Below, piece by piece: positions 30,659 to 38,558 of a DNA stretch of 64,000 nucleotides (within the stretch, counting starts at the first letter, position 1; every line of letters begins with the position of its first letter). The stretch comes from an uncultured Bacteroidota bacterium (GTDB lineage: Bacteria > Bacteroidota > Bacteroidia > Bacteroidales > FEN-979). Made by a program: the position numbers and the translations under genes. The DNA lies in assembly GCA_937862805.1 (NCBI GenBank), contig CALMDO010000062.1, positions 26,380 to 90,379 of the forward strand, in the 5' to 3' direction. The notes under the pieces were generated by a model, which was not told where the DNA came from, did no database searches, and was given only the letters and a program-made list of their open reading frames with translations.

Positions 30659-32794
30659 ATGAAGGTATACCAAACCAATGAGATCCGTAACATCGCGCTG
30701 ATCGGCGGCGCAAAATCAGGAAAAACGACACTGGCGGAAGCCATGCTTTTTGAAGGAGGTGTGATAAACCGCCGGGGTACAGTTGAAGACAAGAACACGG
30801 TATCCGATTATCGTCCCATCGAACTTGAACGCCAGAATTCGGTCTCGGCTTCTGTCCTTTATACGCTGTGCGATAACAAAAAAATCAACATCATCGATAC
30901 CCCGGGTTTTGATGATTTCTGCGGAGAGGTGATCTCAGCCTTGCGGGTGGTTGATGCCGCCGTGATGGTAGTGAACGCTCAAAATGGTGTCGAAGTCGGA
31001 ACCGAAATCACCTGGAGATATACCAGCAAGGCTGCGAAACCCGTCATCTTTGCCATCAACCACCTTGACCAGGAACACGCCAATTTTGATGAAACCATTC
31101 GTCAGTTGAAACATCAATTTGGAAAGAACATCACCCTGATGCAATACCCCGTCAACGCCGGATCCGGGTTTAACAGCATCATTGATCTCCTGAAAATGAA
31201 GATGTACAAATTCCCTTCCGGCGGAGGAAAACCTGAAATTAGCGATATCCCGGCCGGCGACAAGGGCAAAGCCGAGGAGATGTACATGGCATTGGTTGAA
31301 GAGCTTGCTTCCAAAGACGAGTCGTTGATGGAGGTCTTTTTCGACAAGGGAACCCTCTCCGAGGAACAGATGCAACAGGCCCTGAAAACCGGTCTTATCC
31401 ACAGGACCATCTTCCCGGTGATTTGTGTCGGCGCAAAACAGGATATGGGCGTTGGCCGTCTGCTGGAGTTTATCGCCGGCAGCGTTCCGGCCCCGAATGA
31501 AATGCCCGCCGTCAAAACAACTGACGGGAAAGAGTTGACCTGCAAAGTGACCGATCCCGCTTCAGCTTTTATTTTCAAAACCTCTGTTGAACAGCATCTC
31601 GGCGAGATCTCCTATTTCAAGGTTTATTCCGGTGAGATCACTGAAGCCCTTGATATGATTAACCCTAACCGGCAATCAAAGGAACGGATTTCTCAGATCT
31701 TCGTCATCAATGGCAAAAACCGCGAAAAAGTGGAAAAAATGGTCGCCGGCGATATCGGAGCCACCATCAAACTGAAAAATTCCTATACCAACAACACCCT
31801 GAATTCCCTGAAAAATCAGGATGATATAATCGAACAGACCGTCTATCCCGACCCGAAATTCAGGACCGCAGTTAAGGCCAAAAACACCGCTGACGACGAA
31901 AAAGTGAGCAGTGTTCTGAATGAATTGGCCAAAATGGATCCGACGCTTTTAATGGGTTATTCCCGAGAACTGAAACAAATGATCCTTCAAGGTCAGGGTG
32001 AACTTCACCTGAACCTGGCCAAATGGCATGTCGAAACCCTCGAAAAGATTCCCATTGAATATTATGCTCCCCGCATTCCCTACCGCGAAACCATCACCAA
32101 GTCGGCTAAGGCAATGTACCGACACAAAAAACAATCGGGTGGTTCCGGCCAGTTTGGTGAAGTTCACATGATGATCCAACCCTGGCGTGAAGGAATGGCC
32201 GACCAGACCGAATTCCCCATCCGTGGACGCGATGTGATCGATCTGGAATGGGGCGGAAAATTACTGATGAACAACTGTATCGTCGGTGGCGCTATCGATG
32301 CCCGCTTCATGCCGGCAATCCTCAAAGGGGTGATGGAAAAAATGGAAGAAGGGCCCCTCACCGGTTCGTATGCAAGGGATATCGTTTTCAATGTTTATGA
32401 CGGGAAAATGCACCCGGTCGATTCCAACGAAATCTCTTTCAAACTGGCCGGCCGGAATGCCTTCAAAGAGGCATTCAAGAATGCAGGCCCCAAAATTCTT
32501 GAACCTATCTATGATGTGGAAGTGATCGTACCGGAAGATAAAATGGGTGAAGTCATGACCGACCTCCAGGGACGCAGGGCTGTCATCATGGGGATGGACA
32601 GTGAGGGCAACTACCAGAAAATTATGGCAAAAGTTCCGCTGGCCGAATTGAACCGTTATTCCACTGCGCTGAGCTCCCTTACCAGCGGCCGTGCTACCTA
32701 TAACATGAAATTTGCTGAATACTCACAGGTGCCGGGCGATATTCAGGATAAGCTGCTCAAAGCCTACGAAGAACAGGAGAAAGAAGAAGAATAG
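30659..32794 (+). CDS. Divergent EF-G paralog (EF-G2-like) with degenerate GTPase motifs
   Basis: 711 aa from the ATG at 30659. EF-G five-domain architecture, but G1 is GGAKSGKTT, switch II is DTPGFDDF (His replaced by Phe), G4 is NHLD, and switch I lacks RGITI. Confidence 0.85.
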   Translation: MKVYQTNEIRNIALIGGAKSGKTTLAEAMLFEGGVINRRGTVEDKNTVSDYRPIELERQNSVSASVLYTLCDNKKINIIDTPGFDDFCGEVISALRVVDAAVMVVNAQNGVEVGTEITWRYTSKAAKPVIFAINHLDQEHANFDETIRQLKHQFGKNITLMQYPVNAGSGFNSIIDLLKMKMYKFPSGGGKPEISDIPAGDKGKAEEMYMALVEELASKDESLMEVFFDKGTLSEEQMQQALKTGLIHRTIFPVICVGAKQDMGVGRLLEFIAGSVPAPNEMPAVKTTDGKELTCKVTDPASAFIFKTSVEQHLGEISYFKVYSGEITEALDMINPNRQSKERISQIFVINGKNREKVEKMVAGDIGATIKLKNSYTNNTLNSLKNQDDIIEQTVYPDPKFRTAVKAKNTADDEKVSSVLNELAKMDPTLLMGYSRELKQMILQGQGELHLNLAKWHVETLEKIPIEYYAPRIPYRETITKSAKAMYRHKKQSGGSGQFGEVHMMIQPWREGMADQTEFPIRGRDVIDLEWGGKLLMNNCIVGGAIDARFMPAILKGVMEKMEEGPLTGSYARDIVFNVYDGKMHPVDSNEISFKLAGRNAFKEAFKNAGPKILEPIYDVEVIVPEDKMGEVMTDLQGRRAVIMGMDSEGNYQKIMAKVPLAELNRYSTALSSLTSGRATYNMKFAEYSQVPGDIQDKLLKAYEEQEKEEE

Positions 32795-33030
32795 ATTTTT
32801 GGACAAACATGATGCCTACGCGGTATTGCGGTACCGTGATCATGTCAGTCATCATGGCTCACCATCCTCTGTTTTGCCCTTATTCCCTCTGTTATTTTCG
32901 GAAGTTTGATGACCTTGCTGATCGTGGGTGTAACAGCTCACAAAGCGCCCGCTTTACGAAGACTCAACCTGATGGAAATCATCCGTCCGATCAAGGTTGT
33001 TTCCAGTGGATGAAGAACCGTTTTTTTTAG

Positions 33031-33038
33031 TATTTTTG
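33031..33038 (+). promoter_or_regulatory. Candidate -7 promoter box (TATTTTTG) for the kbl-acpS-acs-acp-AOS operon
   Basis: Matches TAnnTTTG, 28 nt upstream of the ATG at 33067, directly after a T8 run. Confidence 0.4.
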
Positions 33039-33066
33039 AATCCCTTTAACTATACAAACAACTACC

Positions 33067-34266
33067 ATGTACGGCACATTTCAGGAGCATCTGAGAAAAC
33101 AACTCGAAGGCATCCACGATGATGGTCTTTACAAGACCGAGCGCATTATCACAACCCCCCAGGGTGTAGAGATACAGACTGACCGCGGGCAAAAAGTACT
33201 CAATTTCTGCGCCAACAATTACCTGGGATTATCCAATGATCCCCGGGTTATGGCAGGTGCGAACTACACGTTTTTCCGGTACGGATACGGCATGTCATCC
33301 GTACGGTTTATTTGCGGTACCCAGAAAATCCACAAAGATCTCGAAGCCAAGTTGAGTGAATTCCTGGGCACAGAAGACACCATTCTTTACTCTTCGGCTT
33401 TTGATGCTAACGGCGGCGTTTTCGAACCCCTGCTGGGCGAACAGGATGCCATCATCTCTGACGAACTGAACCACGCATCCATCATTGACGGGGTGAGGCT
33501 TTGCAAAGCACAGCGCTTCCGTTACAAGAATAACAACATGGAAGATTTGGAAGAGGTGCTGCAGGACGCTTCAGAAGCCCGTTTCAAACTGATCGTGACC
33601 GATGGTGTTTTTTCCATGGATGGCATCATTGCCCAGGTCGATAAAATATGTGACCTTGCTGAAAAATACGACGCGATGGTGATGGTCGATGATTCACACG
33701 CCACCGGTTTCGTCGGGCAGACCGGCCGGGGCACCATGGAATATTGCAATGCACAGGGCAGGGTCGACATCATCTCCACCACTTTTGGAAAAGCACTGGG
33801 AGGCGCCTCCGGGGGTTGCATCTCCGGAAGAAAAGAGATCGTGGAATTGCTTCGTCAACGGTCTCGCCCTTACCTTTTCTCCAACACACTGACACCTGCC
33901 ATCACAGGAGCCACCCTCGAAGTACTGAACATGCTCTCGGAAACCACCGTCCTGCGTGACAAACTGTTCGAAAATACACGGCAGTTCAGGGAGGGAATGG
34001 CAAAAGCCGGATTCCGCATCGTTCCCGGGATTCACCCCATCGTACCCGTCCTGTTCGGCCATCTTCCTAACGACGCCAAACTGTCACAGGAATTTGCCAA
34101 CGAACTCCTTGAAGAGGGTATCTATGTAATCGGTTTCTATTATCCCGTAGTCCCTAAAGGGAAATCGAGGATCCGTGTACAAGTCTCGGCAGCCCATTCG
34201 CACGAACAAATCGCTTTTGCCATCGATAAATTCACCAAAGTCGGTAAAAAACTGGGAGCCATTTGA
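33067..34266 (+). CDS. kbl: Glycine C-acetyltransferase (2-amino-3-ketobutyrate CoA ligase)-like alpha-oxoamine synthase, paralog 1
   Basis: 399 aa. Collinear with my recollection of E. coli Kbl: [43 protein letters not shown]-Lys motif [19 protein letters not shown]. Confidence 0.8.
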   Translation: MYGTFQEHLRKQLEGIHDDGLYKTERIITTPQGVEIQTDRGQKVLNFCANNYLGLSNDPRVMAGANYTFFRYGYGMSSVRFICGTQKIHKDLEAKLSEFLGTEDTILYSSAFDANGGVFEPLLGEQDAIISDELNHASIIDGVRLCKAQRFRYKNNNMEDLEEVLQDASEARFKLIVTDGVFSMDGIIAQVDKICDLAEKYDAMVMVDDSHATGFVGQTGRGTMEYCNAQGRVDIISTTFGKALGGASGGCISGRKEIVELLRQRSRPYLFSNTLTPAITGATLEVLNMLSETTVLRDKLFENTRQFREGMAKAGFRIVPGIHPIVPVLFGHLPNDAKLSQEFANELLEEGIYVIGFYYPVVPKGKSRIRVQVSAAHSHEQIAFAIDKFTKVGKKLGAI

Positions 34267-34643
34267 TCAAAGGGACCGGTATCGATATCATCGAGGTGGA
34301 GCGTATCCGGAGCGTGATGGAACGCGATACCGGTTTCCGCGACAAGATCTTTACCCCTGAAGAGATCCGCTATTGCGAATCAAAAAAAAACAAGTACCAG
34401 CATTACGCCGCCCGGTTCTCAGCCAAAGAGGCTCTGATGAAAGCCATCGGGACCGGGTGGCGGTTTGGTATCCGCTTTGCGGATATAGAAGTATTTCACA
34501 ACGACCTGGAGCAACCTCAAATCAAAGTCTCAGGAAAAGCCAATGAATTGCTTTCCGATTTGGCTATCTCAAAAATTCATGTATCTTTATCGCACCTTAA
34601 AGAATTGGCGACCGCCATCGTGATCATTGAAAACGAACCCTAA
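34263..34643 (+). CDS. acpS: Holo-[acyl-carrier-protein] synthase (AcpS-type PPTase)
   Basis: 126 aa. [11 protein letters not shown]-terminus, [10 protein letters not shown], trimeric AcpS size. TTG start overlaps the kbl TGA (TTGA). Confidence 0.85.
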   Translation: MIKGTGIDIIEVERIRSVMERDTGFRDKIFTPEEIRYCESKKNKYQHYAARFSAKEALMKAIGTGWRFGIRFADIEVFHNDLEQPQIKVSGKANELLSDLAISKIHVSLSHLKELATAIVIIENEP

Positions 34644-34653
34644 TTCAGGTGCT

Positions 34654-36357
34654 ATGACCAATATTGTTTCTTACGAGGAGAGAATCAAAAGTTTTAATTG
34701 GGAAATCGCAGAACAAGAGTTGAACTATCAGACCGGACAGGTGATCAACATCGGCTGGTATTGCTCCGACCGGATTTGTCATTTGGGTAAAGCCGATAAA
34801 CCCGGTCTTATCTGGGAAGGCTCATCAGGCATTGAAAAACGGTACACTTACAATGATATCCGATTAAAATCCAACACGATAGCGCAGTTTTTACAGGATC
34901 TTGGCATCAGGCCGGAAGAACGGGTTTGTTTGTTCATGGATAAGATTCCTGAGCTCTATATCGGTTTTTTAGGGATTCTCAAGACCGGCGCCATCGCTCA
35001 ACCGCTTTTTTCGGCTTTCGGCGATGAATCACTTTTCATACGGCTTGACAATGCCCGGACCACGGCCATCATCACACAAAAAAAACATGCTCCCAAGGTT
35101 CGCAAAATACTGGGCAAAATGCCCTACCTCAAACACCTGATCCTGGTTGATGCCGAACCGGGTAAGCCCTTAGGGGAACGAGAGGTCGCACTGAACATGG
35201 ACGAAGCCGAAAATGTAGAGCATTTCCAATGTTTCCCCACGAAAGCCGAATCGCCTTCTGTTTTGCATTATACCTCCGGCACTACCGGTCAACCCAAAGG
35301 GGTGAAACATGTCCATTACTCGCTGATATCACAATACCTGACCTCCAAGTGGGTCCTTGACCTCCGCGAGGAGGATATCTATTGGTGTACCGCCGATCCG
35401 GGATGGGTTACCGGTACCTCTTACGGGATTATTGGCGCTTTCAGCAACGGGGTGACCCAATGTGTCCTCGATGCCGGCTTTTCAGCTGAAAGCTGGTACC
35501 GTTTTATCGAGAAGCACCGGATCTCTATGTGGTATTCTGCTCCTACAGCCATCCGATCATTGATGAAAGCGGGAGAGGAGGTGATCCGGAAATACGACCT
35601 CTCCTCTCTACGCCATCTGGCTTCCGTGGGCGAACCCCTCAACTCCGAAGCCGTCATCTGGAGTGAAAGGGTTTTTGGCAGACCCTTTTTAGATACTTAC
35701 TGGCAAACCGAAACCGGTTCGATCATGATCTCTAATTATCCTGGAATGAAGATCAAACCAGGATCGATGGGAAAACCTTTCCCGGGTATAACGGCGACCG
35801 TGATCCATCCGGAAACATACCAACCCTACGACGAGCCCGGCCGGATAGGATTGATCGCCCTGAAACCCGGCTGGCCTTCGATGATGCGGGCGTACTGGAA
35901 CAATGAAGAAACCTACCGGAAAAAATTCCGAAACGGCTGGTACCTGCCCGGCGACCGCTCCTCCATTGACAGCGAGGGGTATTTCTGGTTCGTGGGCCGC
36001 GACGACGACGTGATCAATACAGGTGGCCACCTGGTCAGCCCTTTCGAAGTGGAATCAGCCTTGCTTGAGCATCCGGCTGTGGCCGAATCAGCAGTCGTTT
36101 CAAAACCCGATTTTGTCAACATGGAAGTGGTCAAAGCTTTTGTAACACTAAAACCCGGCTTCTTCCCCAGTAGCGATCTTGACCTCGATATCATGAATTT
36201 TGTCCGGAAAAAATTATCACCACTGGCCATGCCCCAGGAAATCGAATTCATCGACAACCTTCCCAAAACCCGCAGCGGAAAGATCATGCGCAGGATTCTT
36301 CATGCCAAAGAGTGGGGAGAAGAGATCGGAGATACTTCAACACTGGAGAATGATTAA
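34654..36357 (+). CDS. AMP-forming acyl/acetyl-CoA synthetase family adenylating enzyme (AcsA-like)
   Basis: YTSGTTGQPKG (A3), WCTADPGWVTG, YWQTETG, A10 PKTRSGKIMRR. Closest in feel to short Bacillus-type AcsA. Start taken at the ATG at 34654. Confidence 0.85.
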   Translation: MTNIVSYEERIKSFNWEIAEQELNYQTGQVINIGWYCSDRICHLGKADKPGLIWEGSSGIEKRYTYNDIRLKSNTIAQFLQDLGIRPEERVCLFMDKIPELYIGFLGILKTGAIAQPLFSAFGDESLFIRLDNARTTAIITQKKHAPKVRKILGKMPYLKHLILVDAEPGKPLGEREVALNMDEAENVEHFQCFPTKAESPSVLHYTSGTTGQPKGVKHVHYSLISQYLTSKWVLDLREEDIYWCTADPGWVTGTSYGIIGAFSNGVTQCVLDAGFSAESWYRFIEKHRISMWYSAPTAIRSLMKAGEEVIRKYDLSSLRHLASVGEPLNSEAVIWSERVFGRPFLDTYWQTETGSIMISNYPGMKIKPGSMGKPFPGITATVIHPETYQPYDEPGRIGLIALKPGWPSMMRAYWNNEETYRKKFRNGWYLPGDRSSIDSEGYFWFVGRDDDVINTGGHLVSPFEVESALLEHPAVAESAVVSKPDFVNMEVVKAFVTLKPGFFPSSDLDLDIMNFVRKKLSPLAMPQEIEFIDNLPKTRSGKIMRRILHAKEWGEEIGDTSTLEND

Positions 36358-36400
36358 AAAGAAAAAACTGAACTCAAATTAATATCCACCCCAAACACAT

Positions 36401-36405
36401 AGGAG
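36401..36405 (+). promoter_or_regulatory. Shine-Dalgarno-like AGGAG upstream of the carrier protein gene
   Basis: AGGAG lies 8 nt before the ATG at 36414. Most starts I inspected in this window lack any SD. Confidence 0.4.
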
Positions 36406-36413
36406 AAAAATCA

Positions 36414-36656
36414 ATGGACGAAATGAAAGATGTAATCAAAAATTACGTGATCAAAGAGTATGTTGAAGACGACACGGAGATCACTTACGACACACCTCTG
36501 ATCTCGGGAGGCATTGTTGACAGTTTTTCGATGGTTTCGCTGAAACGCTTCCTTGAAAACAAGTACAAGATCGCCATTCCTGATGATAAAGCTACCCCGG
36601 AAGCCTTCGATTCCGTGGACAAAATCTGTCAGTTAGTCGGGAATTACCTGAAATAA
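36414..36656 (+). CDS. Acyl/peptidyl carrier protein, DltC-like
   Basis: 80 aa. Phosphopantetheine-attachment context GGIVDSFSMVSL. The pattern after the Ser resembles D-alanyl carrier proteins rather than FAS AcpP (DSL...). Confidence 0.75.
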   Translation: MDEMKDVIKNYVIKEYVEDDTEITYDTPLISGGIVDSFSMVSLKRFLENKYKIAIPDDKATPEAFDSVDKICQLVGNYLK

Positions 36657-36657
36657 A

Positions 36658-36664
36658 AAGGAGG
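36658..36664 (+). promoter_or_regulatory. Strong Shine-Dalgarno-like AAGGAGG upstream of AOS paralog 2
   Basis: AAGGAGG lies 4 nt before the ATG at 36669. Confidence 0.45.
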
Positions 36665-36668
36665 AATC

Positions 36669-37916
36669 ATGGCCTATACAGAAAAAACCCGCGGCATCTA
36701 TTCAGAAATTCTTACCGGTCTCAAAGAGGCTGGCCTCTTCAAACAGGAACGCTATATTCATTCCTCCCAATCGGCCGATATTGAAGTGGAATTTCCTACC
36801 GGCGCCAACCTTAAAAAGGTGATCAACATTTGCGCCAACAACTACCTGGGAATGTCAAGCCACCCGGAAGTGGTGAAAGCCGCTCATGCGGGTCTCGATT
36901 CACATGGGTATGGCATGTCGTCGGTCAGGTTTATCTGCGGAACACAGGATATCCACCGTACACTGGAAAACATGGTGACCCGATTTCTGGGAACCGAAGA
37001 CACGATCCTTTTCCCATCCTGTATGGATGCCAATGCCGGCGTTTTTGAAGCCATACTGACCAAAGATGACGTGATGATCTCCGACCGCCTGGTCCACGCC
37101 TCCATCATCGACGGAATCCGCCTTTGCAGCGCCATGCACGACACTTTCAAGCACTCCGATATGGAGCACCTGGAAGAGAAACTTCAGCTTCACAACGACA
37201 AACGGCTGAAAATGGTGATCACCGATGGTGTCTTTTCAATGGATGGCGATACCGCCCGGTTGGACAAGATGGCCGCGCTGTGTGAAAAATATGATGCTTT
37301 GCTTTTCATGGACGATTCCCATGCCAGCGGTTTTATCGGTAAAACCGGGCGTGGAACCCATGAAAAATGCGGGGTGATGGGGCAACTTGATATCATCACA
37401 ACCACCTTTGGCAAAGGGTTGGGAGGTGCTTCCGGCGGATGTGTTTCGGGCCGCCGCGAACTGGTTGAAATGTGCCGCCAGAAAGCAAGACCCTACCTCT
37501 TCTCCAACACCATTGCCCCTCCGGTAGTCGCCGGCGTCATCAAAGTACTGGAAATCCTCTCCGCCTCCACCGATCGCCGCGATAAACTGGAACGCAACAC
37601 CGAATTCTGGCGCAAAGGTTTGACTGACGCCGGGCTCATCATCAAAGAAGGGGATACCCCCATCGTCCCGGTGATGCTCTTCAACGCCAAACTGTCTCAG
37701 AATGTGTCCCATGACCTTTATGAAGAGGGCATCTACGCCATCGGTTTCTTCTTCCCGGTTGTGCCTCAGGGGCAGGCCCGGATCCGTACCCAGATCTCCG
37801 CCGGCCATGAAATCCATCACCTTGAAAAAGCACTTGAAGCTTTCAAAAAAGTGGGAAAAAAATACGATATCCTGGGAAAAACCAAAGCCGAGATCATCGA
37901 AATGTATGGTATGTAA
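36669..37916 (+). CDS. Alpha-oxoamine synthase, diverged Kbl-like paralog 2
   Basis: 415 aa. [28 protein letters not shown]-Lys TFGKGLGGASGG, RPYLFSN. Differs from paralog 1 and Kbl around the His motif (SDRLVHASIIDGIRLCSAMHDTF) and has a C-terminal extension. Confidence 0.8.
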   Translation: MAYTEKTRGIYSEILTGLKEAGLFKQERYIHSSQSADIEVEFPTGANLKKVINICANNYLGMSSHPEVVKAAHAGLDSHGYGMSSVRFICGTQDIHRTLENMVTRFLGTEDTILFPSCMDANAGVFEAILTKDDVMISDRLVHASIIDGIRLCSAMHDTFKHSDMEHLEEKLQLHNDKRLKMVITDGVFSMDGDTARLDKMAALCEKYDALLFMDDSHASGFIGKTGRGTHEKCGVMGQLDIITTTFGKGLGGASGGCVSGRRELVEMCRQKARPYLFSNTIAPPVVAGVIKVLEILSASTDRRDKLERNTEFWRKGLTDAGLIIKEGDTPIVPVMLFNAKLSQNVSHDLYEEGIYAIGFFFPVVPQGQARIRTQISAGHEIHHLEKALEAFKKVGKKYDILGKTKAEIIEMYGM

Positions 37917-37935
37917 AACTTCAACAAACCTTTTT

Positions 37936-38463
37936 ATGAAAGCTGTACTCAAAATAATAACGTTTCTCTTGTTCGTCATCAGCCTGGGAATGGGAACTGT
38001 TGGTTTCGCCCAACCTGTTGCCAAACCTTATGATGAGAACCAGGATGCCCGCGCTGAACTCAAAAAGGCGCTGGCCCGGGCTGAAAAAGAGAACAAAAAT
38101 GTGCTGATCCAATGGGGTGGTAACTGGTGTTCCTGGTGCATGCGATTCCATGCCATGGTGAACGGCGTCCCCGCGATCGATTCCCTGATGAAAGAAAATT
38201 ATATCTATTTTCTGCTGAACGTTCCTCAGGCAAAAGATAAACGGGATAATGCCCTTTTTCAGGAGTATGGTTTTCCTAACCGCTTTGGATATCCTGTCTT
38301 CGTGATTTTGGACAAGAATGGCCAACGGCTGAATACCCAGGATTCAGATGCTTTCGAATACCGGGATCCCAATGTGAAGGGATACGATACGGCCAAAGTG
38401 ATCCGCTTTTTGACCCTTTGGACACCGAAAGCGTTGAATCCCGCCACTTATCAAAAACATTGA
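37936..38463 (+). CDS. Secreted thioredoxin-fold protein (CxxC)
   Basis: Signal peptide MKAVLKIITFLLFVISLGMGTVGFA. WGGNWCSWCMRF CxxC motif. Start trimmed from the track ORF, which overlaps the AOS gene. Confidence 0.7.
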   Translation: MKAVLKIITFLLFVISLGMGTVGFAQPVAKPYDENQDARAELKKALARAEKENKNVLIQWGGNWCSWCMRFHAMVNGVPAIDSLMKENYIYFLLNVPQAKDKRDNALFQEYGFPNRFGYPVFVILDKNGQRLNTQDSDAFEYRDPNVKGYDTAKVIRFLTLWTPKALNPATYQKH

Positions 38464-38558
38464 TCCGGAAGCAAAAGAAAACCACTCTTGTTACCGGGTA
38501 GTGCAATGAACAGCGGAAAAAACCATTGATCCCTGTTCGGTGAGATGATTATAGGCAA

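Noticed and set aside
32809-33030. 73-aa ORF in the EF-G2/kbl spacer
   Set aside because: It has no SD, no signal peptide and no family resemblance. Its composition looks non-coding. It is kept only as part of the unassigned-spacer finding.
37236-38024. Long antisense ORFs opposite well-supported genes (37236-38024, 38451-39329, 52804-53520, 54321-54893, 2702-3337, 21794-22429, 5339-5818)
   Set aside because: Each lies entirely antisense to a gene with clear family motifs. Their translations are low-complexity (Gly/Arg/Pro/His-rich) with no recognisable domains. They are the typical shadow ORFs of coding regions.
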